Source of the DNA: an uncultured Gammaproteobacteria bacterium
GTDB lineage: Bacteria; Pseudomonadota; Gammaproteobacteria; Pseudomonadales; JAHEGP01
DNA: 64,000 bases
Direction: 5' to 3'
Assembly: GCA_963722805.1 (NCBI GenBank)
Contig: CAVROQ010000023.1
Coordinates: 8,512-72,511 of the forward strand
Position numbers and translations under genes: made by a program. This document shows, piece by piece, positions 36,320 to 44,790 of the stretch. The first letter of the stretch is position 1. Every line of letters begins with the position of its first letter. The notes beneath the pieces are model-generated. The model did no database searches, was not told the origin of the DNA, and saw only the letters and a program-made list of their open reading frames with translations.

Positions 36320-37543
36320 CTAGGTAACACTAGCTGGAGTCGCGATGGTTCTCGGCAGGACCGCGAGCATTTCAGTTTCGCAGAGCAGCTCGGGGCGGCA
36401 AACCGGCACCGAAACCAAGACATTGGGAAAGCCCTCGAAGCCGGCTTCGCGAAACTTCTCCCGCAGACGATCGGCATCTGCAGGGTGCTTCAGGTAGGTG
36501 ATAGCGGAGACCACGTCGCCGAAGTTGGCGCCCTGCCCCTCGAGCAGGGCCGCAACATTCATCAGCATGCGGTCTGCCTGGGCCTCGAAGTCGCCCGGAT
36601 GCGCTGACCTTCCGGCCTCATCAACGCTCGCAGTCCCGGAAACGTGGAGCGCGACCTTGTTGGCCTCTACCATTTTCATCCCGCGCACGAAGTCGGCGCC
36701 ATAGTCCATCGCTTCGTTGAGCGTGGGCGAGGTCATTACAGTCCGAAAAAGGGGATTTACCCCTTTCACAGCGTAGATACCAAGACAGAGATTGTGCGCC
36801 GTGCCAACCGGTCCGCCGCCGATACCGGTGCTGGCCGGGACCGGGTCGATCCCACGCGCTTCGAAGAACTCGCGCCGGGCGCGATTCAGGTCACCGTAAT
36901 CGCGGTCCATCTCGCGCAGATAAATCCAGGTGCGTACCACATCGCGAAACTCCATCCCGGCCTGTCGCAGCATGTCTTCGGCAAGACCAAACATAGCGAG
37001 GGTCTGCTCGTAAGCGCTCTCACCGGCCCCGCAGAGCCCCCCGGCATAAAACCGGGCCTCATCATCACCAATGTCAATTCGCAGGCCGTGGGCACGGGCA
37101 CACTCGGCGCAGCCGCAGCTGGGGCTAACCTCGATACTGTCGACTTGCAGCGGCGAACGGTTCGGAATGACGGCCTGCAACGATACTTCCAGGCAGGCCT
37201 TCTCGTTCAACGGGGCTTGCTCGATCTCGGTGATAGCGGGCCTGGCCGCCGCCTCCCCAGATGCGGCGAGAACCCGATGGCGAGCTTCGCGGACAGACTC
37301 GATGTCTGCCCGAAGATTGCGCAGGAAGACGGTCTCGGACACGACCGACGCAAAAGTTCCTCCCTCGGCCTTGAGCACGCCTAGAATAGCGCGATAGATT
37401 GCTTCAGCCTGCCGGCCGGCATCCACCACCTCGGCGGGCTGGCAGCTCAAGAACAGTTCCAGCGCCTCGGGGCCATATACGCAACGCAAAACGACCGAGC
37501 AGCCATGGCTCTCGATCGTTGCAGCAGGGGAATGTGGAGACAT
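36320..37543 (-). CDS. Tandem RidA/YjgF-fold protein of the chorismatase (FkbO/Hyg5/XanB2-like) type
   Basis: Start ATG at 37543 after AAGGA (MSPHSPAATIESHG). Motifs VRTWIYLREMDRDYGDLNRARREFF and LHVSGTASVDEAG..HPGDFEAQADRMLMNVAALL resemble the chorismatase family. The 61-codon Pro/Ser-rich upstream extension of the ORF was rejected. Confidence 0.5.
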   Translation of the reverse strand: MSPHSPAATIESHGCSVVLRCVYGPEALELFLSCQPAEVVDAGRQAEAIYRAILGVLKAEGGTFASVVSETVFLRNLRADIESVREARHRVLAASGEAAARPAITEIEQAPLNEKACLEVSLQAVIPNRSPLQVDSIEVSPSCGCAECARAHGLRIDIGDDEARFYAGGLCGAGESAYEQTLAMFGLAEDMLRQAGMEFRDVVRTWIYLREMDRDYGDLNRARREFFEARGIDPVPASTGIGGGPVGTAHNLCLGIYAVKGVNPLFRTVMTSPTLNEAMDYGADFVRGMKMVEANKVALHVSGTASVDEAGRSAHPGDFEAQADRMLMNVAALLEGQGANFGDVVSAITYLKHPADADRLREKFREAGFEGFPNVLVSVPVCRPELLCETEMLAVLPRTIATPASVT

Positions 37544-37628
37544 TAATGTCCTTAAGCCGGCGACCGGCCCCGGGGGTTCCCGGGCCACTCGGGCACCGGG
37601 CGTCAAATCAGTTGCCAGGGGCGGCTGG

Positions 37629-38847
37629 CTAGCAGCCGTCGGTGGGCAGTTCGCCGTCGGGCTCGCTGGAGAAGAAGGTATACCCGTTCTTGGGCTTGTT
37701 CTTCTTGAAGCAGTTGCCAGTAGCACCCGTCACCTAAATCGAAGTAGGTCACGTCCGCAGCCAGGAAATTAAGAGGCCCGGCCATCGGCGCGTTGCCGTT
37801 GCCACTCAGGTAATTCAGCTGGACGAGATTGTTATTCGCTTCAGGAGGCGTGATTGGTGGTTTGACGCACACAGTTTTCGGGCGTCGTACCGGTGCTGTA
37901 CACCACCCCAGCACCCCGATCCCGACGAAGTCGTTGTCCTCGACGTTGTTCTTCGCGACCACATGATCACTCACACCAAGCAACAGGACCCCGATCCCCG
38001 GCGGCAGAATCGCCTGGAAAGTCCCGGGAGGTGCCTCGTTCGGTACCGGTTGTTGTCGTAGATGTCGTTCTGCTCGATCACCCAGTTCGCCATGACCGGC
38101 AGCGGGGGGTTACCCGCCCCGTTGGGATGGAAAAGGCCAACGCCCACGGTGTTGTTGTAGATTTCGTTCTGCTTCACCACGACATTGTTGGACACCGTAA
38201 TCTCGAAACCAATGACGCTGCCGTAGAGTTCATTGCCGATGACGCGAACATTCTCGGAGCCCGCTACCCACATTGCGGTATCGAGAGAACCATAGGACTC
38301 GTTGTTGCGCACCAGCCCATTGGCCGAAAGGGTCGGGTAGATGCCGTTGTTGAGATTGTTGACGGAGTCGTTGCGAACGAACTCGAAGCCATCCACCCAG
38401 CGAGTCTGGATCCCGTTCTTCGGGAACTCCTCGACGGAGAAGCCACGAATATAGAAGCCCTGAAGCTCCCTGCTGCGGCATTCCTGCCCAATCTCACTGT
38501 CATCAGAAATGTCATAATCGCAACCTGAAGGAGCCGCATAGACGCCCGTTTCCTGATCTTCGTTTTGCGAGGAGTCGAACCTTGCCGGCCTCACCCTTAC
38601 CCTTCTTCACCTTGCCGATCAGGCGCAGGTTGTCGGTCGCAATGCGAAGGCCGTACCTGCCGTTACTCATTTCCTGGTAAAGCCCCGGCTCCACCAGAAT
38701 CGTGTCCCCTGGCGCGGCAGCGTCGATGGCCGCCTGAATAGATTCACCCGCATAAACCCTGTGGACTGCCGCCTGTGCGGTGCCTGCAGCCGCGAATAAA
38801 GCGACTGCGAATACAGCACTGAACCAGCACTTGATGTTGTCTTTCAT
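37629..38847 (-). pseudogene. Secreted right-handed parallel beta-helix (NosD/PbH1-like) protein, three frame breaks
   Basis: Signal peptide MKDNIKCWFSAVFAVALFAAAGTAQA. PbH1-type repeats (NNGIYP, SENVRVIGNELY, SNNVVVKQNEIYNN, IEQNDIYDNN, SDHVVAKNNVEDN). Frames run 0,2,0,2 with breaks near 38580, 38052 and 37726-37728. The restored C-terminus reads ..GATGNCFKKNKPKNGYTFFSSEPDGELPTDGC*. Confidence 0.7.
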
Positions 38848-39121
38848 TATTGTTCTCCGGGCTCAAAGTTCGGATAAATTTAGCACCATCTATAGACACC
38901 ACGTTTTACACTGATGGCTTTGGCCTGTCAATTGACAATACGCTAAACACGCCGATGCTCGCAACACGCTCGTTATGGACTCGCCGGCGAGGGGAGCCCC
39001 GATTGACTTCGCATTGCCAATCCCCCAGAATCCGCAGCCAGCGGGGCAAATGCTCAGGGGCTCTGCTGCCGCTTTCCCAAACCCACATCAAACCATTTTT
39101 AAAGGACAATTCTCCGCAGTG

Positions 39122-41426
39122 ATGGATCCTCGTTATCGAGCTCGATCGGGCACAGCTGCCCCATCTGTTCAGCCCCCTCCCCGGCAGCATTCTATGATCG
39201 TGTTCTCTGTGGTACTGGTTCTGGGCGCTGGCCACCGGTATTCCAGTGCCGCGCCGCTGGAGTTCCCGACCTCGCCATCCGGCAGCCTCGAGATCACTTA
39301 CCCGCTTGACGAGACGCTCTTCCCTCCCGACATTGTCGCGCCAACCGTTGTCTGGAGCGACGCTACCGCAGGCGTCGGGCAATGGACAGTCCTGCTGAAG
39401 TTCGGCAGCGGAGGCGAGCCACTCCGGTTCTCGACGTCGGAGCCGCGCTGGCGCCCCTCGGAGGAGGACTGGGCAGAGATAAAGGAGCCGATCGACGGCG
39501 CACGACGCTACGCTGGCGGTTGTCGGGGTCGATTCAAAGGGTGACGCCGCCTCCTCCGCTTACGTCCGTATCCGCACGTCGACCGACCCGGTCGGAGATT
39601 CGATCTTCTATCGCGAGGTTCCACTCCCCTTCATTGAGGCCGTGCAGGACCCCTCGCGTATTCGCTGGCGCTACGGCCCGGTCGACTCAGTAGAACAGCC
39701 CCCCGTGGTCCTCGAAAACCTGCCGGTCTGCGGCAACTGCCACTCCTTTTCCGGCGACGGCAAAACCCTGGGCCTCGACGTCGACTACGGCAATGACAAG
39801 GGTGGCTACGCGATCCTCCCCGTGTCGCCGCAGATGGAATTAAATGACGAGAAAATCATTACCTGGAGCGACTACAAGCGAGACGACGATGAGGCTACCT
39901 TTGGGCTACTCTCGCAGGTCTCCCCCGACGGCCGCTACGTGATCAGCACCGTCAAGGACCGGGCCGTGTTCGTAGCGACCCCCGGTATCGAATTCTCTCA
40001 GCTGTTTTTCCCGATCAAGGGCATCCTCGTGGTCTACGATACCGAGACCGAAACCTACACCGCACTGCCCGGCGCCGACGACCCAGCCTACGTGCAGAGC
40101 AACCCGACCTGGAGCCCCGACGGTAAATCCATCGTATTCGCCCGGACCAAGGTCTACCAGAAGGACTCAATCGCCGACGCCAGCAGCATCCTGCTCAGCG
40201 AACTCGACGTTCCCGAATTCATTGAAGACAAGGAGCCGTTCAAATTCGATCTGTACCGGGTTCCCTTCAATGAGGGCCGTGGCGGCACCGCCGAGCCTAT
40301 TACCGGCGCTTCGCACAACGGCAAGAGCAACTTCTTCGCCAAGTTTTCCCCGGACGGCAAGTGGATCGTGTTCACGCAGGCAGAGAACTACATGCTGCTG
40401 ATGCCCGACAGCGAGCTCTATATAGTCCCGGCCGAAGGGGGTGAAGCACGGCGTCTGCGTGCCAACACGCCACTGATGAACTCCTGGCACAGCTTTTCGT
40501 CCAACGGCCGCTGGCTGGTTTTCTCGTCAAAGGCCAATACCCCCTACACCCAGCTGTTCCTGACGCATATTGACGAGGAAGGCTACTCCACGCCGCCCGT
40601 GGTACTCGATCGCTTTACCGGTACCTACGGCGCTGCCAACATCCCGGAGTTCGTGCCGCTGCCCGCCGACGCGATCGCCCAGATCAAGGAGCAGTTCCTC
40701 GATGCCTACTCGTTCCTGCGGGCGGGTATGGCAAACGAACGCACCGGCAACTATCCGGCCGCGGTTAAGGCCTACAATCGGGGCCTTGAAGTCGAGCCCG
40801 AAAACGTCGAGCTGCTGAACTCCCTCGGGTTCGCGTTATTCCAGCAGGGCAAGAGCCAGGAGGCGGTCAGTGCCCTGGAAAAAGCACTCGAGGTGGACCC
40901 GAAGCACTGGAAGGCACACAACAACATGGCTCTCGCGTCGATCGACATCGGCGAGCTTGAAATGGCCGAAGCCCATTACCGAGAATCTCTCGCCATAGAA
41001 CCACAGCCAGCGATCTATAACGACCTCGGGTTTGTACTGGAACGCCAGGGATTGCCCCATGAGGCGGCCGATATGTATCGCAAATCACTCGAGCTCGAGC
41101 CCGAATCGGCAACAGCACACTACAATCTGGCTGCGGCCCTGGCACGAAGCGGCGAGTTCGCCGAGGCGGAACCCCACTTTCGTGCCGCACTCGAGCAAGA
41201 ACCCAGCAGCCAGGCGTACGGTGGGCTCGCCTTTGTCCTGGTGCAGCAGGGACAACTCGAGGAAGCTGCATCCACCTATCGCCTCCTCCTCGACAAACAA
41301 CCCAGCGCTTCTGCCCACAAGCAATTGGCTGAGGTCCTGATGCGCCTGGGACGCAAAGATGAGGCCAACAAGGAGCTGGCACTGGCGCGGGAGCTGGATA
41401 CGATCCAGGGCGCAGCGCGGCAATAG
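39122..41426 (+). pseudogene. CXXCH motif + TolB-like beta-propeller + TPR protein, one frame break between 39483 and 39540
   Basis: The N-terminal fragment (ATG 39122 or 39194; TM segment MIVFSVVLVLGAG) ends at 39544. The +1 frame opens at 39483 and continues ..HDATLAVVGVDSKG..LPVCGNCHSF.. It has PD40-like blades (SPDGRYV, WSPDGKSIVF, FSPDGKWIVF, SSNGRWLVFSS) and at least six TPR units. Confidence 0.7.
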
Positions 41427-41457
41427 AAAAAAGCAAGTGCTACGACTGGCGCTTGCT
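41427..41457 (-). terminator. Probable rho-independent terminator (minus-strand sense), possibly bidirectional
   Basis: AGCAAGTGC-TACGACTG-GCGCTTGCT forms a 9-bp stem with one G-U pair. It is preceded on the + strand by A6 (T6 on the minus strand). It lies 115 nt downstream of the mltB-like stop and directly after the TPR gene stop. Confidence 0.5.
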
Positions 41458-41571
41458 GTTAGCACTGCTATCTGAAATCTTCCTGGAAAGACCCGCTGGT
41501 TTGAACGATAGGTTCAAGTACTGCTTCGCAATGTCTCATCAACGCCCATCTTCAACCCCCCTCTTTCAGGC

Positions 41572-42801
41572 TTAGGGCAGTTCGACACCCAAGCCGGCCA
41601 ACACCCTGGAGTCGGGAAAGCCATCGGCAACCAGCCCCTCCGCCTGCTGATAGCGGCGAATGGCAGCACGAGTGCCCCGTCCAAGCACGCCATCGGCTTC
41701 TCCAGCGCCGAAGCCCCGCGCGTTGAGAGTGGTTTGCATTTGCTCTACCTGCTGCTTGCTCAAGCGCGGCGCATCGGCCGGTGGCGGCTGCTGCAGCGAG
41801 CCTGCGCCGTTAATGCGATCGGCCAGGTGACCGACGGCGATGGCATAGAAATCCGAGCGGTTCCAGCGCAGAATTACGTCAAAATTAGGGTACACGGCGA
41901 AGGCAGGCCCCTTGTGACCCGAGGGCACGATAATGGCTGTAGGCACGTCCAGTTCGGGAACCAGCGCGCCCTGGGTCGTGCGCACGCCACCTTGGCGCCA
42001 AAACTCCAGTGGCTGGCGGTTGCCCCGACCGGCGTCAATATAGGCGAAGCCTTCAGGCAGGATAACCTCGCGACCCCAACGCCATCCTGGCTCCCAACCA
42101 ATGTGCTGTAGAAAGGCGGCAGCGGATGTGAGAGCGTCGGGGGCGCTATTCCACAGGTCTACCTTGCCATCGCCATCACCATCCCGGGCAAAGCGGCGAT
42201 AGACCGAGGGCATAAACTGGGTCTGGCCCATGGCCCCTGCCCAGGAGCCCTGCATATTCGCTGCCGGCACACCATCATCGACAATTTGCAGCGCCGCCAT
42301 CAACTCAGAGGAAAAATAGCTGCTGCGACGGGGATCACAGGCCAGAGTGGCCAGGGAGTCAAGCACCGCCAGGTTACCCGTATAACTGCCGTAATTGGTC
42401 TCCAGCCCCCAGAAGGACAGCAGATACTGGGGCGGCACCCCATAGGTTTGCTGCAGGCGCAGCAGCAGCGGACGATGCTTTTCCAATAGCTCTCGACCGG
42501 TGTTAATACGTTTCTCGTTGACGCGTTTGTCGAGATAGTTAGTGAAGGTTTCGGCGAACTCCGGCTGGCGGCTGTCCAGCTCGATCACCTTTTCGGAGTA
42601 GCTTACACTGCCCAGAACCTCGGTGACCACCGGTTCACTCAAGCCCTCGGCAAGCGCACGCCGCTGCAGACGCTCGATACAGCTGGCAAAGGACTCGATG
42701 GGCTCGGCAGCATCAGGCTCGGCGGTGACCGGCGTCGCCACCAGCAAGCCGAGCAGGGGGAACAGGAATCGAGAGACAGGACGAAAAAAAGCACGCGGCA
42801 T
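41572..42801 (-). CDS. Lytic murein transglycosylase (MltB/SLT_2 family) with a C-terminal peptidoglycan-binding domain
   Basis: Start ATG at 42801 (MPRAFFRPVSRFLFPLLGLLVATPVTA); a GTG alternative lies at 42840. Motifs WGLETNYG and GQTQFMPSVYRRFARDGDGDGKVDLW. PG_binding_1-like tail (LNARGFGAGEADGVLGRGTRAAIRRYQ). Confidence 0.85.
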   Translation of the reverse strand: MPRAFFRPVSRFLFPLLGLLVATPVTAEPDAAEPIESFASCIERLQRRALAEGLSEPVVTEVLGSVSYSEKVIELDSRQPEFAETFTNYLDKRVNEKRINTGRELLEKHRPLLLRLQQTYGVPPQYLLSFWGLETNYGSYTGNLAVLDSLATLACDPRRSSYFSSELMAALQIVDDGVPAANMQGSWAGAMGQTQFMPSVYRRFARDGDGDGKVDLWNSAPDALTSAAAFLQHIGWEPGWRWGREVILPEGFAYIDAGRGNRQPLEFWRQGGVRTTQGALVPELDVPTAIIVPSGHKGPAFAVYPNFDVILRWNRSDFYAIAVGHLADRINGAGSLQQPPPADAPRLSKQQVEQMQTTLNARGFGAGEADGVLGRGTRAAIRRYQQAEGLVADGFPDSRVLAGLGVELP

Positions 42802-43146
42802 AGTCGGTTTACTTCTGCTAGTTAAACGGGAGAGGCGCACACAATAACCGAGGGTTCGACGCCAAGCAATGGCCAGGGTTTTCGCGCCCGCTCAACCACG
42901 GCAACACCGGATATCCAGCACACAGCTTCCTCGCTTACCGCGCAGCTATCGCAGAACATCCGCTGCTATGTAGCAGTTATCGTCCACCACCCTTCAGCGC
43001 CTGATGCCGCGACCGCCGTCGCCGCACAAATATCGGCCAACTGCCCCGGCTTTGATTTAGCGCAAGCATCGTTTCCAATAAAACCGTAAGAATGTAGGAT
43101 GGGGACTTCCCTGCATAACAAAACGCTAATACTCAAGGGGCTTATA

Positions 43147-44790
43147 ATGAAATATCCCGACCTGACGCTGCCACCGGAACTGCAAGCTATTCGCGGTACC
43201 GGTCCCGTCACCCAGTTTCGTCCGCGCTACCAAAACCTGTTACCCCCTTGCAATCAATCCTGCCCTGCCGGAGAAGATATTCAAGGCTGGCTGTCCCACG
43301 TCGAGGCCGGTGAGTACGAACAAGCCTGGCGGCGCCTGACCGAGGTCAACCCACTACCGGCCATCCATGGCCGGGTCTGTTATCACCCCTGCGAAACTGG
43401 CTGCAACCGTGCCGAGGTCGACGAGCCAGTAAAAATCCATGCCACAGAACGCTTCCTGGGTGACATGGCGATTGAACAGGACTGGCAAACGCAAATCGAC
43501 ACCCGGTCCTCGGGTAAAAAGGTATTGGTCATCGGCTCGGGCCCCGCCGGCTTGTCAGCGGCTTATCACCTGGCACGCCTGGGTCACAAGGTCGAAATCT
43601 ACGAAGGCGCGGAAAAGCCCGGCGGTATGATGCGCTACGGGATACCGGCGTACCGCCTGCCACGGAATATTCTCGACGCTGAAATCCAGCGCATCGCCAA
43701 CATGGGTGTCGTGTTTCACCTCAACCATAAGGTTACCGACCTCAAACATGAAATGCGCCAGGGTTCTTTCGATGCGGTGTTTACCGCGGTTGGGGCACAC
43801 ATCGCGACCCAGGTCGATATTCCGGCCCGGGACGCCAGTAAAATTCTCGACGCGGTGAGCTTTCTGAAGGGCGTCGAGTCCGGCGAATCACCGGTTATGG
43901 GCAGGCGTGTGGCGGTGTACGGCGGTGGCAACACCGCGATGGATGCGGCTCGCACCGCAAAAAGACTCGGTGCCTCCGAGGCGATGATTATCTATCGCCG
44001 TGATCGCGAACATATGCCGGCGCACGAATTTGAGGCCCGGGAAGCCGAAGACGAGGGTGTGAAAATCAACTGGCTGCGCACCATTAAGGAATTCGATGAT
44101 GATCAGGTCCAGGTCGAGATCATGGAGATTGACGCCGATGGCCGGCCCCAGCCAACCGGCAAATTTGAAACCCTGGGTGTCGATGCCGTTATTCTCGCCC
44201 TCGGTCAACAGATGGAGGCCGAGCTGTTCGCTTCTGATAAGGACGTCAGCATCAACGACGGCGTGGTAGAGGTCGATGCAAGCTTCATGACCGGCAGCTC
44301 CGGTATCTTTGCCGGCGGGGATATGACCCCCGGCACCCGTTCAGTAACCTATGCCACGGGGCATGGCCGCAAGGCGGCGATGCACATCGATGCCTGGCTT
44401 AAAGGCACCCAATGGCGCAAAACGCCAAGTCCCGACGTGGTCGGCTACGAGTCGCTGCACCTGTGGTATCACACCAACGCAGCCACCGGCCAGCAAAACG
44501 AACTACCAGCTGCCGATCGTGTCGGCAGTTTCGAGGAAATTACCCAGGGCTTTTCCCGGCAACAGGCCCAGTATGAAGCCAGCCGTTGCTATTCATGCGG
44601 CAACTGCTTCGAGTGCGACGCCTGCTTCGGCGCCTGCCCCGAAAGTGCTATCAAGGTATTGGGCAAGGGCAAGGGCTATCGCATCGATTACGATAAATGT
44701 ACCGGTTGCGGTGCCTGCGTGTTGCAGTGTCCAACCTATGCGATAACCCTGATCCCGGTGCAACAGTTACAGCAGGAGCGCGGCGAATGA
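43147..44790 (+). CDS. GltD-like NAD(P)H-dependent Fe-S flavoprotein with a C-terminal 2x[4Fe-4S] ferredoxin domain
   Basis: Start ATG at 43147. N-terminal Cys clusters (CNQSCPAGEDI, CYHPCETGCNR), dinucleotide fold VLVIGSGPAGLSAAYHL, and C-terminal CYSCGNCFECDAC...CTGCGACVLQCP. Confidence 0.75.
   Translation: MKYPDLTLPPELQAIRGTGPVTQFRPRYQNLLPPCNQSCPAGEDIQGWLSHVEAGEYEQAWRRLTEVNPLPAIHGRVCYHPCETGCNRAEVDEPVKIHATERFLGDMAIEQDWQTQIDTRSSGKKVLVIGSGPAGLSAAYHLARLGHKVEIYEGAEKPGGMMRYGIPAYRLPRNILDAEIQRIANMGVVFHLNHKVTDLKHEMRQGSFDAVFTAVGAHIATQVDIPARDASKILDAVSFLKGVESGESPVMGRRVAVYGGGNTAMDAARTAKRLGASEAMIIYRRDREHMPAHEFEAREAEDEGVKINWLRTIKEFDDDQVQVEIMEIDADGRPQPTGKFETLGVDAVILALGQQMEAELFASDKDVSINDGVVEVDASFMTGSSGIFAGGDMTPGTRSVTYATGHGRKAAMHIDAWLKGTQWRKTPSPDVVGYESLHLWYHTNAATGQQNELPAADRVGSFEEITQGFSRQQAQYEASRCYSCGNCFECDACFGACPESAIKVLGKGKGYRIDYDKCTGCGACVLQCPTYAITLIPVQQLQQERGE

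Noticed and set aside
37544-37726. 61-codon Pro/Ser/Ala/Thr-rich N-terminal extension of the chorismatase-like ORF
   Set aside because: It is low-complexity and overlaps the 3' end of the beta-helix gene. An ATG with an AAGGA RBS at 37543 begins the conserved domain.
38975-39121. Upstream 49 codons of ORF 38975..39544
   Set aside because: There is no RBS, the composition is non-coding-like, and the stretch lies in the divergent promoter region. ATG 39122 or 39194, preceding the TM segment, is more plausible.
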